From the NCBI GenBank assembly GCA_951406725.2, contig OX597819.1, positions 30,256,001 to 30,320,000 on the forward strand: a stretch of DNA of 64,000 nt, given 5' to 3'. This document shows positions 37,400-51,451 of the stretch, one piece after another. This stretch comes from Octopus vulgaris (lineage: Eukaryota). The translations under genes were made by a program, and so were the position numbers. The notes beneath the pieces are model-generated. The model did no database searches. It was not told the origin of the DNA and saw only the letters and a program-made list of their open reading frames with translations. Position 1 is the stretch's first letter. Each line of letters starts with the position of its first letter.

Positions 37400-40300
37400 G
37401 ATGGCGGACGAAAACCGCCCGTTATCCTCAGAACAGCCAAATTATAAAAGTTAGTGACAACAGCAGTACAACAACAACGACGACGACAACAACAACAATA
37501 ACACCACCGCACGGAAAATTATGAAAGTAACTTCCCACCTTTAGAAATCCTAACATTCCCATCACAGTACCAGCAAAAGAAATCAATGACAACGAAAAGC
37601 AACAACACTTTCACCTCCACCACCCCCAGCAGTGACAACAGCAAACCCAACATCATTAACGAAAAAAGCAAGAACAAGGAAAATGAACCATGCAAGTCCG
37701 CTGTCAGGGTTTCGCCGGCGTAACGCGGCAAATAATTGAAGAAACTTTTATAAAGGAAAATGAATTTAAAAGGGCAAAATGTATGCTGAAGTAATGTGGG
37801 CGAAATGTGGCACTGAAGCTAATTTGCGGACAGTTCTATACAAAGCAATTAGAAGAAGCAGGCACACACTAGCAGATGGAAAAATATCTGCGACCAATTT
37901 GGAAGAGCAAAGCTTATATAGCCAATAAGGGCGGGAGTATAGGATTGTCGAATTCAAGTTCACCTCAGAAGAAGAGACCAAAATTCACTTAACCGCCACC
38001 TTAACGAGTGACGAACTCTTCTTCATCCCCATTTACCTTTACCGAAGAGTGTTTAAAATAAGAATAATAAATACGCCATCAGAAATCGACTTCTGCTGGC
38101 TGGTGGTAGCAATTCTCTTCGACATAGACGAGAAAACCAGTATTCTGCAAATACAGAGAATACGGAAGAGAAACCGGTTAGAACAAGGTATGCAGTTGTT
38201 AATACAGGAATATCAACAAAGTACTGAAGCCAGTCCGGACTTCATAGCCCTACCAGATGGCACAAAGCTTCACGTGGCTGTTGAGGGAAGAAGGCTGAGA
38301 CGTCAGCTGTGTGGGACACACATCACCTCGAAGCCTTTGGCCTACAGCAAAAGAAACCAACGCTCCTGACAACACCACAACAACAACAACAACAACACCA
38401 CCAACAGAGACAGGTGGCCACGACATCAACAATAGCAAGACCGAAACTAACGGCAGCGAAAACAGCAACAACAACAATTACAACAGCATCTGCAGTAGCA
38501 GCAGCATCACCACAACAACAGCAGCAGAAGCAGAAACCCCTAAAACAACAACAGCTACTTCAATAAAACACCAAAATGCCCATCCCTTCTTCGGACCACT
38601 CAGACATGTCCTATAACGAAGGGGACAGAGATGAGACTAAATGGCAAACGGTCACCAAGGCCAAGAAAAGAGGAACAAAAACACACCAATACAAAAAATT
38701 GACAGATACGAACAAATGGGAGGATGCTTTTGAACACCAATGCTCAAACACCACCCCCACCACAGTTCTACACTAACATTGTCAACATCATCCCCATCAC
38801 CACCATAATTACCACCACTATCATAGACACCACCACTACAAGCACAATCTAATTCATACACACGACAATTTTATCACAAATCCCATCACGAGCAAAATTT
38901 AAACATCCTCAATTACACTGTCATAGACACGACCAACTAAACACAAATGGAAAACATATACAACCATTCAGACATCTCTCAGAGCAATTCCATTACACCG
39001 ACAGCCAACATAGCTACACACATAACATCCATACAAATACATCAAAACATATAAAACATTAAGAAGAAATGCCCTGATGGGATGGGAAATTTTACAAAAC
39101 GTGTTAACAAAAGCCTACAAATGAGCTTGTAGAAACACCCACATCATAGGCACGGAATACTTATCGGTCGCTCCTCTCAAAATTACGGGAAGTAGTTCTC
39201 CTATTCTCCATCTAATTCATTGTCCAATGTGGCCTTGCACAGAATAGGCAGTATAAATGTACGTGATCCGGGGTTGCCTTGAAAACAGGACCACCTATTC
39301 AATGATCTCGGGTCTCTTAGTTTAAATGTCGTGGCTGTCAGTGAGACCAAGCTCTCTGACCGACGAAATTTCTTGCCCATTTTCGGTGAGTGCGAGGTTT
39401 ACTTATCTCCATGTCAACCGAGAATGAGAGGATGGAACTGCGGTGTTGTTCCGGAGAGGTCTGGATCTCAAGATAAGGGCTATCTTCTTGGACCCAGAAG
39501 GTAAATGGGTGTTCCTAGGTGTGAATAGTAGTGAAGGGAAAGCTTTCAGACTGGTGGTTGTTATTGCTCCGACAGGAACAGGACAGTCGGATTTCTTCAG
39601 ACGTTTGGAAGTTTCCCTGGGAACGTCTCGACCATTATTGCTAATGTGCGACTGGAATGACATTTTAGACATTTTATACATTTTCGCCGGGCGAAATGCG
39701 TAGCCGTATTTCATCTGCGTTCAAATTCCGCCGAGGTCGACTGTGCCTTTCATTCTTTCGGGGTCGATAAACTAAGTACCAGTTATGCACTGGGGTCGAT
39801 GTAATCGACTTAATCCGTTTGTCTGTCCTTGTTTGTCCCCTCTGTGTTTAGCCCCTTGTGGGTAGTAAAGAAATAGACATTTTAGACGCACATTTGGATT
39901 GTGTGGGGCTAGCTGTTAGAAGAGAGGTGAAAAAGCCTCACAAATCTGCTGACGTTTTCAATGATGAATTGATGACCCTCATAGTATGAAATAAAGACAT
40001 AGAGAGAGGGAGTGCAATTTATGTCACCAGCACTTTTAAAGTGCTAGATGACTTAACGTTAGTGAGAATGCCACTCAACATGTACAAGAACATTAGAAGG
40101 TTTTCCTCTACGACGTGGGAACCCTGAATGTAAATTCCACGAACAAACTTTTAAAGGGATTCCCAAAGGAGCTCCAACCAAACTCAGAGATCGAGCCACC
40201 CGCCTGCCGACAACACCGGGAGGATAAGTAACCCCACTCATTTCCTTTCTCTCAACTCTCTCCGGTCAACATGGCAAATATTAGAGTAGGTTACAAAAAG

Positions 40301-41340
40301 GTAAGTGGCCTTATGTCGTCCTGGAAGCAAGGTGACTTCAAGTTACTAGCTTTGGATGTGATAGACGCCAGTGAGATCAGAGTTTCTAACATGCGCACTC
40401 TACCTCCTATTTTTGACGACTTTTGTATTTACGCATCTCTTAGTCGCCCTGGAATAGTGGGGTGGGGTGTCAGTGTTGGTTAAGAAAGGACTGGATTTCG
40501 AGGTACGGACGATCTTCCTGAACCCGGATGGTAAGTTGTTAGTCCTGGATGTCAGCAATAGCGAAGGTGGGGCTTTTAGACTAGTCGCTGTGTACACCCC
40601 GACTAGGACGGGGCAGCCGTATTTCTTCAGCCCTTTTGAGGTTTTCCTTGGGATGTCTCGTTCTTTAATGCCAGTGGATCTCTCTGAGAGCGACTTAGTT
40701 AGAATCCATGGGCAGGGCCCCGGATACTGGACGCTCAACGCGTCTTTCCTGGTTCATAAAGCTTTCGAAGACCGGGTTAGTAAGTTAGTCCATCGGAAGT
40801 TGTCGAATGCAATCCTCAACAACCGATGGTGGATAGCCCTGAAAAGAGGCGTTAGGGTTTAGTAAAGAATTAGTGTTAGAGCAATCTAGAATAGAGGGAA
40901 ACCTAGTAAGGAAAATAGAAGAGACACTTAGTAAAAGCATAGCGACCGACGTGCTGGCATGATTGGCTCTTGATCAACACTTCAATTCCAGGCACGAAAG
41001 TTGCTTTGTCAGAGCTAGGATGCGTACACTAAGATACGAGTGGATGAAACCCGTTCGGTGGCCCGGATGGAGGAGGCACAACGAGGAAACAAAGCCACAA
41101 TTCGGTCTTTGATGGGCCGAGACAGGTTCTTGCAACTCGAGTCCAAGCAGATGTGTGCGGAATTTCAGCAGCTGAACTGTACAGAGTGCGTAGTGTTGCA
41201 GAATTGGAGGTGAATTTCACCTCCTACCTCGACGGCATTTCGCGCCTTTCGGCTTAGGATGCGACGTTCTGCGAAGCGCAGTTAACAGCCGAAGATATAC
41301 GGGATGCGATGACTAACTTCAGAAGGGAAGTCTCCGCGAC
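37400..41340 (+). mobile_element. Degenerate L1/Tx1-like LINE fragments (ORF1-like region and two APE endonuclease remnants)
   Basis: AIFLDPEGKWV...FRLVVVIAP...CDWN (39443-39660) and FRLVAVYTP...GPGYWTLNASFL (40467-40862). Confidence 0.7.
39685..39876 (+). mobile_element. 5'-truncated SINE family A inside the APE remnant
   Basis: Flanked by GACATTTTAGAC direct repeats. Confidence 0.85.
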
Positions 41341-41559
41341 TTCGGTCTCGCTTATGGCCACCACACCTATATTTGATAACCTGAGGTTGCTGAGTAAGTG
41401 ACCCTGCTTCTAAGATTTACGTTCTGAGTTCAAATTCCGCAAAGGTCGACTTTGCTTTTCATCCTTCTGAAGTCAATGTAACTGACTTGCTCCCGCTCCT
41501 AAAATACTGGACTTGTACCAAAATTTGAAACTAATATTACGTTGACGCATATACTAACA

Positions 41560-43420
41560 CAGATCACTCTAGAGTCAATGCACGCAGAAGAAATAAAGGG
41601 GGATAACCTTGACAGAGCTTATAATACTGAACGGTTCCAATAGGTGGCCATTTACTCCGACTACCAAACAGATGTCACTGTTCAGTGGTTATACATTGCA
41701 GCTAGTCAATCTCTGAAGATGGGATGAAACTGGCTGCTGTGAAGACAACCGCCAAGTATTGGTGGTCGACTGTATCGAAAGCTTTTGATTGATCTAAGTT
41801 GATCAGGGTCCTTACTATGCTAAGTTCCTTACCCACTCCCTCTATTATGAATCGCATAAAGTGGAGGATGTCATGGATAAATATGTTCAGGATGATGCAT
41901 GTTTATGCATCACCAACCAGACCACAAATGACAAACGCCAAATCTCTTTGGTAACACTTTGGTCCAAATCTTGAAATCTGAGTTTAGCAGAGATATAGGC
42001 CGAAAAATTATTCTTTTTGTTTGAGTCTTTTTACAGCAAGTCACCTATTTGGCTCACAGAAATGGAAATTCTTCCGTTCTAATGCCAGCTGTGATAGATC
42101 TGCCAAGAGATCACCGAAAAAAATCTAGCATATAATCGTAAACTCTAATACGAGCCATCTTAACGAGGTGGTTTGCATTTCGCGCAACTAGTTATCATTC
42201 CTTGTATTTAACTGGCTGTTATCGGCCTTTGATAATACTCCGAAAGCTGCAGTAGGTCGTCGAGATAGGCATTGAAGTACATCCTGCGATACGGCCCACC
42301 ACACGCCCCGAACATCCATATGATGTGCCGCTGAAAAACCACACACATCGAGTAGCACGCGCTGAGCGTAATCTTCCAAAGACCGAATCATGGCTTAGTT
42401 GCCATGTTAAGCCTTGCTCACACAGCCCCATCGAACAGCTTTTATTTCTTCTTGTTAGAGCACGCACCTTAATCCTTAGAAAGTAGTTTTCGTGCTTCAC
42501 CCAGAAGAAATTGTCGAAGGGCAATTTTACCGCAAACATATAAGTTATGATCTCTTTTCTATGTATCTAATTAGGTCCTCCTATAAGCTAATTTTCTCTA
42601 CTGCTACTGCCTTGCTAAACCTTATCGATTCTATTATAATAGTGCTCTTCAGGGTGGACAACTATTTATCGCTGTCGATGTCCCTGTCAGCGTTTGCATA
42701 ACTAATTCAGTAATCTGGTCTTTGTAATCTTACACATAGGGAATGACGTGTTCAGCTTTCAGTAACCAGGTTTTCGCTTATGAAGCCTACCCAGGGTGAT
42801 CGTACGTGTACCCAATGACCTTAAATTGTGGATAACATAAGCTGTCTGTATTGAATGCCATATCTAGATATGATCTTTATAATCCGAGTGCAATTTGTCC
42901 TTGCCTACACGAGCACATTCGGTACCTGTTAGATTATTGTAAACATCTGAGCAGCCCTACACAATCTCACTGTGTATTCAAGATACTATTCCAGTCTCCC
43001 ACTAGCACTAAAGAGCGAACGTTTCTAGAAAGACCTCCAGATGCCTTAAGAAATCAGGTTGCTCCACACTTGTTGGGGCGTAACTGGTCATTAGTTTGAA
43101 GATATGGAATTCTCTGCTGATCACGTCTTATATCATCACTTTACCATCCGAGTCTTCGAATATGGTCTGTATCGTGAGATTCAAACTTTTCCAAAACAAC
43201 ACAGTGATTCTGTTTCCTGATTTCGGCCAACTTAAAATTGTATACAACCTTTAGCCAAAGCTGGGCATGAAGGCTCGTTCCTAGGAAATTTTGGTTTCAC
43301 TGGTTGTTACTACATCTATATCTAGTGACCTAAGGTCATTCAGCAGATAGCCTTGCTCCAAGGCGAATTCAGGCCACGTGCATTGACACTACCTATTCTG
43401 AGTATGGTTATGCTGAATAA
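41560..43420 (-). mobile_element. Degenerate L1/Tx1-like ORF2 (APE through RT)
   Basis: Minus strand has RPISLLNSDFKI and LINLDQSKAFDTVDHQYL RT motifs; many stops. Confidence 0.75.
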
Positions 43421-44119
43421 GAAGGAGGAATTTGTGAAGAACCATTTACATTATTCATGTAGAAGGACGGGTGTTCCATCCTCCCGACTAGTTGTGCGTG
43501 TTTCTTCGGGCAAACTTAGAATATTTTGTTAATATTGTTATAGAAATTTATTCGATTGGGACATCTGATTCTTAAAATGTGTGGTTCTGACGATTTTTAC
43601 GCGTGTCGGTATGCTATATGTTGATGCGATGTAGTCAACGTAATATTTGTTTTCGTTAATGAATTCATTAAGTTTTTGTCTACGGTAGGGGAGTTAATGA
43701 TTTCATCTTTTTCCTTTGTGTTGCGAGTGCTGTTTTCGCTGTTGGTGTAGGTGTGAATTGGCTTTTGTTGGATGTGATGGTGGTGGTGGTGGTGGTGGTG
43801 GTGTTGATAGTGTTGGTGTTTACGTTGCAGGCAGTGTTGATGTATTGTTTAAATGTATATCCTTTGCTTTTGGACTTTCGTGCCTTTTTGTTGCCATAGT
43901 GCTTTTTCTGGTTTTTGTTATCTTTCTGTTAGGCAATTTTCGTCATTTAGGGTCTTGTGTGTCATCTGAACGGCATGTCTGAAGGTCCCAAAGCAGGGTA
44001 GCATATTTCGTGGGTGTGTCTGCTTTGTTCTTTTGTTGTCGTTGTTTAGGAGGCTTCTACTGTTGTTGTCGGTAATGTGCTTTTGTTGCTGTTACTTCCA
44101 CCGTTAATAATAATAAGAA

Positions 44120-44985
44120 TAATATGGGAACGTGACGTTAATCCCGATTGGATATTGAACTTGAAATCGCTACTACTAAGCAAGCAAAATAATCAAACTT
44201 TTAAAAAGAACAGACAGAAACGACTTGAGCGGTTGAGCCAGAACTTCCTGCGAAGACAATATGTCCTTCAAAGCCAAAAGGCTGATAATGACCAAAAAAC
44301 AACCTATCAGTGGCTGAGGAGTTCATGATTGAAAACAGCAACTGAAGGTTTCAAAGTGACAGCACAAGACCAAAGTTTGTTTGCCAGAAATTACCTGGCA
44401 AATATTCTTAAAAACGGTGCAAACCCAAAACGCAGATTCTGCAACAAATTTGATGAAACAACAAACCATCTTGTTTCCGGCTGCCTTGTGCTAACATTAA
44501 ACGAATATAAAAATTGCCACAATAGGTTAGTGTAATATTTACATTGAAAAACATGTAAACACTATTATATCGGCACTCCTGCTAACTGGTACGAACAGTA
44601 TCCGAACCAAAGGCTGAAAAGCGAAAATATCACCATCCTCTGGGATTTTCTAGTCTACGCTGACAGAACAAATCAGGATAATCGACCAGACATATTCATT
44701 AAAGAGGGGGAACAAAGTATTTCTAAACTGATATATATAAGTTTCCCCTCTGATAAAAATGTCTATCAAAGAATTTGACAAGCTCAGTAAATATAAGGAT
44801 CTAAAAATTGAAATACAAAAGACTTAAAGCGAAAACCGTCCGTGTTATTACAGGTACCCTTGGAATGATGAAAAGGAGGTATCAGAAAAATCTAGACAGC
44901 ATCCCATTAGAGCCATTTGTCAAAGAAATCCAAAAAGGCTGTGTTGTCAAGTACCGCCCACATCCTTAGAAAAACCCTATCGAAT
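44120..44985 (+). mobile_element. Degenerate R4/Dong-like LINE 3' fragment
   Basis: TEGFKVTAQDQSL..RNY, ETTNHLVSGC, NRPDI, KLSKYKDL, TAHILRKTLS; begins after TAATAATAATAAGAATAAT. Confidence 0.8.
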
Positions 44986-45089
44986 TTAAATCAGATGTTT
45001 GGTGTTGTGTCGTATGAATGTATTTCGGAACTATGTCTTCCCACTTTCTCTCCCCAAACTTTCCGCAAGCCTTCATGTCAATTTTTGTT

Positions 45090-45570
45090 GCACACTTCGA
45101 CCGAGATTGGGAGTCCTGAACGCGAGTAACGAAAAGGGTGTCTTTAGACTCGTTGTAGCTTTTAAGATCCGACAGAGGGAGCATAGCCTGATTTCTTCGG
45201 GTGTCAGGATTTCCTAGGAACGTCCCGCTCTTTAGTGTTAGTGGGCGACTGGAACGTCATCTTAGATGTTCTTTTAGGTTGCGTAGCGCTGAGAAGAGAA
45301 GCAAAAACCTCGCAAACTTTCTCAGACATCTCCAGTTGTCTGACAGGTACCGACTGGATTTCCCGAGTGTGCTAATGCAGACATGAACAAACCGCATATG
45401 GTCATCTCTAGATCGAGTATTCTGTAGGATAGTAAACGGGGACAGTATAGGTTGTCCACGTTTTAAAATCGTCGACTACATAGACCACAAAATTGTGATC
45501 TGTAAGGTCATCATAGATTAGCTTTATAGGCAGGGTCCCTGTTATTGGAAACTGAATGCGTCACTCGCCG
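45090..45570 (+). mobile_element. L1/Tx1-like APE remnant
   Basis: KGVFRLVVA..., DYIDHK, QGPCYWKLNASL. Confidence 0.7.
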
Positions 45571-46397
45571 TATCTGATATTATAACGTGAAAAGCAATGA
45601 GAAAATTTATTTTGCAATACAGGATTTCGTGTAACAGCAAGATTATCAGAAAGTTCAACGTCCGTATAGCGAAAGATCCTGGTAATTGTTTTTTTTTTAA
45701 GACAATCCTAAAATTCTAATTTTATAATTGTTGATAATAAATGCAGTGAGAAAGGTCGTTGTCTTTTATCTATTTTGGGATCGTAAAACAATGAATCAAT
45801 TTATTTTCAACCCATTGAAAAAAAAAATCAGATTGATATCAGTCAAAGGCCTTCCACTTAGTGGCTTTATTGCATACTGCACCCATTACCACCATCACTG
45901 AAGCACCATCTCTTATATCAAATAGCTACTGGCCTTAATCCACTTACCTATTTTAGCCAAATCCATTAACTCGCTCGAACATTCATAGTAGCATATGTTT
46001 AACGATGAGTAAAGTCTAGTAACAATGACTATTGTCTCGATTGGAAAGTTTGCTATCTTCCTATTATTGTCCTCGCATTTTATCATGTGGATACACTGAG
46101 CTTTCACCTTAAGAAAAATAGAAAGCGTTTTTGTCGTTTGTATTCGATATTTTTAAACAAGGCCAAAGCTTGTTTTCGGTTCACTACAATTGCGTGATAC
46201 CTTGTAAAATTGTATTCTACCATAGCCAAAGTTCAACCAGAACTTTTCAGGGGAAACTGAGTAAGAAGAAAGCCTGATGGAGGAACTATTCTGTTCACCA
46301 ATCTATCGGCCAGTTCACTTTTAGCTTTCGTCACTGGCACAATTCAACAGTGTGTGTTTTTTAAATATATAAAGTTACTGATGGCGCAGTAACTTTA

Positions 46398-46540
46398 TAG
46401 GCGCAGGAGTGACTGTGTGGTAAGTAGCTGCGTGGCACCTTGGGTAAGTGTGTTGTACTATAGCCTTGGGCCAACCAAAGCCTTGTGAGTGGATTTGGTA
46501 GACGGAAACTGAAAGAAGCCCGTCGTATATATTATGTGTG

Positions 46541-46593
<53 letters not shown>

Positions 46594-46775
46594 TATATAT
46601 ACATATATATATATATACAACGGGCTTCTTTCAGTATCCGTCTACCAAATCCACTCACAAGGCTTTGGTTGGCCCGAGGCTATAGTAGAAGACATTTGCC
46701 CAACGTGCCACACAGTGGGACTGAATCCGGAACCATGTGGTTGGTAAGCAAGCTTCTTACCACACAACCACTCCT
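46398..46775. mobile_element. Two convergent 5' halves of SINE family B joined at a (TA)n tract
   Basis: 46398-46531 (+) and ~46611-46775 (-) both match the 5' half of 63380-63780. Confidence 0.8.
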
Positions 46776-47763
46776 ACATTTATACACACACACACAGACG
46801 TATATACATGTGCACAGACAGACAGGCAGGCAGGCACGCACGCACGCACGCAGGCAGGCAGGCAGTGACGGCAAGTGTCTTAGTGGTTAGGCTATTCGGC
46901 TCGCAACCATAAGGTTGAGAGTTAAATTCCCAGCAGCAAGACACTATTCACCCTTCAGCAAGACACCGTTTCTCATTTCTCCAATCCATTAAGCTGTAAA
47001 AAAGGAGTTGTACCTGTAATTCAAAGGGCCAGCCTTATAACACCGAATCTTCCTGAGAACTACGTTAAGGGTACAGGTGTCTGTGGAGTGCTCGGTCAAT
47101 TGCACGTTAATTTTATAAACAGACTGTTCACTTCATCGAATAAACTGGGACACTCATCATAACCAGAGTCCCAACATATATTTTATTCATTTTATTTTCC
47201 CCCCTATGTCTGAGGTGATGAATTCTTGCCCAAGCATGTAGCTGACTGAGTACTGACCACTGAAAAGACACAAAAAGGCCAAAACACATCTAGCATTCTC
47301 ACTGGCTGCTGCAGGGACGAATTTTTTTCCCCTGATCTATTTTGCACTTTTAACACAGGACATCCATAACAGATGTTATCTCAGGACAAATACCTTAATA
47401 ACTAGCCTGACAGTCTGTATATATATATTAAGTATGAAAGATAAAGGGTTATTTTAATTTAATGTTCAGACTAATGGAAAATATATTGCTTGAAAACAGG
47501 TGAGGGCTAGTGACAGGAAAAGCACTGGGTCAGAGAATCTGCTTGAACTAATACTGTCTGGTCCATGAAAGTATGTTAATCATAATCGTCATTTAACATC
47601 CGTTTTCCATACTGACATGGGTTAGACAGTTTGACAGGAGCTGGCAAGGCCAGGACCCACACCAGGCTTCATTGTCTGTTATGGCAAGGTTTCTATGGTT
47701 GGGTGCCCTTCCTAACACCAAACACTTTACAGTGTGCACTGACTGCTTTCTATATGGCACCAG

Positions 47764-47995
47764 AGGCAGCAAGCTAGCAGAAACGTTAGCACGCCGGACG
47801 AAATGCGTAGCTGTATTTCGTCTGCCGTTACGTTCTGGGTTCAAACCCCGCCGAGGTCAACTTTGCCTTTTATTCTTTCAGGGTCAATTAAATAAGTACC
47901 AGTTATGCACTGGGGTCAATGTAATCGACTTAATCCGTTTGTCTGTCCTTGTTTGTCCCCTTCTATGTTTAGCCCCTTGTGGATAATAAAGAAAC
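47764..47995 (+). mobile_element. SINE family A
   Basis: Matches 1998-2230; flanked by TATATGGCACCAGA direct repeats. Confidence 0.85.
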
Positions 47996-48896
47996 ATATA
48001 TGGCACCAGAACCAGTGCTTTTTTTATACGGCACCATCACTGACAGGTTTACCAAGTAAATTGCAAGACAAAACCTTGACAACTGGCAGGAGTGAGGTAG
48101 CATTGAGAAAGTAGGGGACTGGCATTTTGCTAGTTGATGAGAGATTAATGGTATAAAGAGACAGAGATAGATATCTTGCTGTAGAGTAGATATATTTATA
48201 TCCCACTTGGTTGGAAGAGAAAGGTGGGTTAGTAAGATATAGACAGCAGGTGGGTCAGAGGGTAAGATAAAAAGAGTAACAGTGATAGAAATGGTGGCAA
48301 AGATGTGTCAGGACATGCCCTCGAGGGATATTGAGGGTAGTGAGAATAAGTGAGGTGATACAGAGGTTTGGACAGGATAGAGGTGACTGTAGCAAATGAT
48401 GGAGGGAAATATAGAAGAGACTCTGGAGCACGGTTTGCAGTAGATATGTGAGGACACTGAGAGTAATTGCAGATAAGTGGGATGTTAATGATGGAGAACA
48501 GCACAGGGGAGAGAATTCAGAGAAAGGAGGTGGTTGGTGGAGACAGCAGGCAGGGGAAGATAACAAATTGAAGTGGTTTAGGGTGGGGGAAGGAAAGTAA
48601 CTGAGAAAGCGGGGGGGGGGTGTAGATGTTAAATGATGGTACACAAGCAAGTCCAAAAGGTTAAAGCACTAGCTTTGCAACAAAGAGGTTTCAGGTTCAA
48701 TTCTACAGTGTGGTATCTAGGACAAGTGTCGTCTTCTGACACATTGAGTTGACCAATAGCCTGCAAGTGAAATTTTGTTAACAGAAACTATAAGGAAACC
48801 AGTGTGTGTGTGTCTCCTTATGTCAATGTGAAGAGACAGCTTCAGCTATGGTGACATTGTTTATGTTCACCATAAACAAAATGTTTTGTAGCTTAA

Positions 48897-49117
48897 CCCT
48901 TTCGTTACCAACCCGGCCAAAACCAGCTCTGGCTCTGTAGTACAAATGTCTTGTTTGCATAAGTTTTGCATTAAAATATACCACCAAACCTTAGTCACAA
49001 TTTATGTTCCTAACACTTGTTTAATGATAACTAAGTTATTTTACTAAATTCTTTGTTATATTTAAAATAATTGAAAGAAACACAGAGCATCTCAAAATAA
49101 ATACTGTAACGAAAGGG
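48897..49117. mobile_element. piggyBac-type MITE
   Basis: TTAA TSDs and TIR CCCTTTCGTTAC / GTAACGAAAGGG; second copy at 60907-61127. Confidence 0.88.
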
Positions 49118-49433
49118 TTAATGGTTCAATAAGTGAAGACAGAGAAAGAATCTTACTTGCAAAAAAAAAAAAAAGAAAAAAAGTAAGGTCTGACATCAGC
49201 AAGAACATCCAACCATTGTATAAAGTCTCAAGAATTTTCACCCAATACATACCAAATGTAAAAAGCGAATGTAAAAACAATGATCATGGTACGAATGTAT
49301 GTATTTGTATATATTGAAATTATCTGCATAGAGTTCTTGATACTTATGATGCATTTACTATTTTCAATATTGATTATCATATAAAATAAATTCCTTTTCA
49401 CTCCATCTGTAAAGGTTAGTCTTAAAAATATTT

Positions 49434-49439
49434 TTTATT
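49434..49439 (-). terminator. Candidate polyadenylation signal (AATAAA) of POR
   Basis: AATAAA on the - strand ~100 nt after the POR stop codon. Confidence 0.4.
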
Positions 49440-49538
49440 ATCAGCGTTTGTTAAAGAAATAACATTTCATTAAAAAAAAAACATATGAATATAATATGTT
49501 TATAAATTTGTTTATGTGTAGAAATATAACTTTCTTTT

Positions 49539-49686
49539 TCAGCTCCATACATCACAGGAATAACCACCTTTTGCTTGGATCTTCTTCATGTATTCAACAG
49601 CTTCAGGCTTGCTAGGTAACTTAGCAAACTCCATTATTATTGATATCAATGTGTCGTAGACATCACGGGCCATATTACGTGCATCA
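49539..49686 (-). CDS. POR: NADPH-cytochrome P450 reductase, last coding exon
   Basis: cag|T GAT GCA...: DARNMARDVYDTL...KGGYSCDVWS*; diagnostic DVWS terminus. Confidence 0.95.
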
Positions 49687-50039
49687 CTGTAATGCAAAGA
49701 CAATGTTTTTCAGTAAGTAAAACAAGGGAAAAAGAAAATTATATTCAACCCTTTAGCATTCAGGTTCCTCACTCAAATGTAACACTTATTTATTAACAAG
49801 ATTTTGAATTTATCCTGCATTATCTTGTAGCCTTGAGATTTCAATGATGTCATAGTTTATTTTTTATACTGACATTGTAGATTAGATGTGAGAAGACAGA
49901 TTTGGTCAGTTTGGACATAAATAGGTAGAATATTTTGGCCAATATGGACAGTTTAAATGCTTGCTTAGATTGATTTGTTCCTTCTGTGTTGACTAGAAAT
50001 AACAGATTGACTACATAAATGATGTCAATAAACTGACTT

Positions 50040-50235
50040 TTTATTCTTTTATTCTTTTACTTGTTTCAGTCATTTGACTGCAGCCATGCTGGAGCACCAC
50101 CTTTAGTTGAACAAATCAATCCCCAGGACTTATTCTATCGGTGTCTCTTTTTGCCAAACTGCTAAGTGATGGGGACATAAACACACCAGCATTGGTTGTC
50201 AAGCAATGTGGGGGGAACAAACACAGACACAAATA

Positions 50236-50276
<41 letters not shown>

Positions 50277-50432
50277 ACGAGCTTATTTCAGTTTCTGTCT
50301 ACCAAATCTACTCACAAGGTTTTGGTAGGGCTGAGGATATAGTAGAAGACAATTGCCCAAGGTGTATCGCAATGGGACTGGAGCCAAAACCATGTGGTTG
50401 GGAAGCAAGCTTCTTACCACCACACAGCCACT
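50040..50432 (-). mobile_element. SINE family B (intronic)
   Basis: Reverse complement matches 63380-63780. Confidence 0.8.
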
Positions 50433-51215
50433 CAGTGCAGATTTGGAAAGTGTTACAAAATATTACTATGTCAAACATCAATTATCAGAACAGACTTTGG
50501 CTAACAGAATAGCAATAGGTTGAGACGAGGAAACTTTAAAAGGGAAAATACATTTTCTGATCCCTCACAGGGTAGTAAGGAGTAAACAGAAAATTATTGT
50601 TTATAAATGCATTACTATATCTAGAACTTCCATAAGATGTTTAGCACAAATTGGTGAGGCTATTGTAAAATGTGATAGTTTGGAAAAAGGTAATAAGAAA
50701 TGGAAAAGAGAAACAAATAGAGAGATGGATAAAGAATCAGAGTCAGAAATAGAGAAAAGTTTTAAAAGCATTATAAATATAAATAATGGTTTCAAATTCT
50801 GGCACAAGGCCATCAATTTCAAGAGAGATAGTAAATCAATTACAATACATCGACCTTAGTGCTCAATTAGTACTAATTTTATCAACCCCAAAGGGATGAA
50901 ATGCAGAGCCAACCTCAGTGGAATTTGAACTCAGACTCTTAAGATAGACAAAATGCCACTAAGCATTTTGCCCAACATGCTAATGATTCTGCCAGATCGC
51001 TGCCTTAATAATAATAATGAGAACATTTATAACACTTACTTTACACATAGCAACTCCACACCAATTCTATCTAACTGATTGTAAAATCACAAATACCTAA
51101 AACATTAAAACCTAGAGGAATCACTAAACTTACAGAATGAAATTTCCAGAAATTGCAATTGTCAGAATTGAGTACCACAGGGATTCATCTTTTCACCCAC
51201 TTTTTTCAACATATA

Positions 51216-51451
51216 TATTTCTTTATTGCCCACAAGGGACTAAACATAGAGGGGACAAACAAGGACAGACAAAGGGATTAAGTCGATTACATCGACCCCT
51301 GTGCGAAACTGGTACTTTATTTATTTATCAACCACGAAAGGATGAAAGGCAAAGTCAACCTTGGCGGAATTTGAACTCAGAACGTAACGACAGACGAAAT
51401 ATTGCTAAGCATTTCGCCCGGCGCGCTAACGTGTCTGCCAGCTCGCCGCCT
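51216..51451 (-). mobile_element. SINE family A (intronic) with TSD
   Basis: TTTTCAACATATA direct repeats on both sides. Confidence 0.85.
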
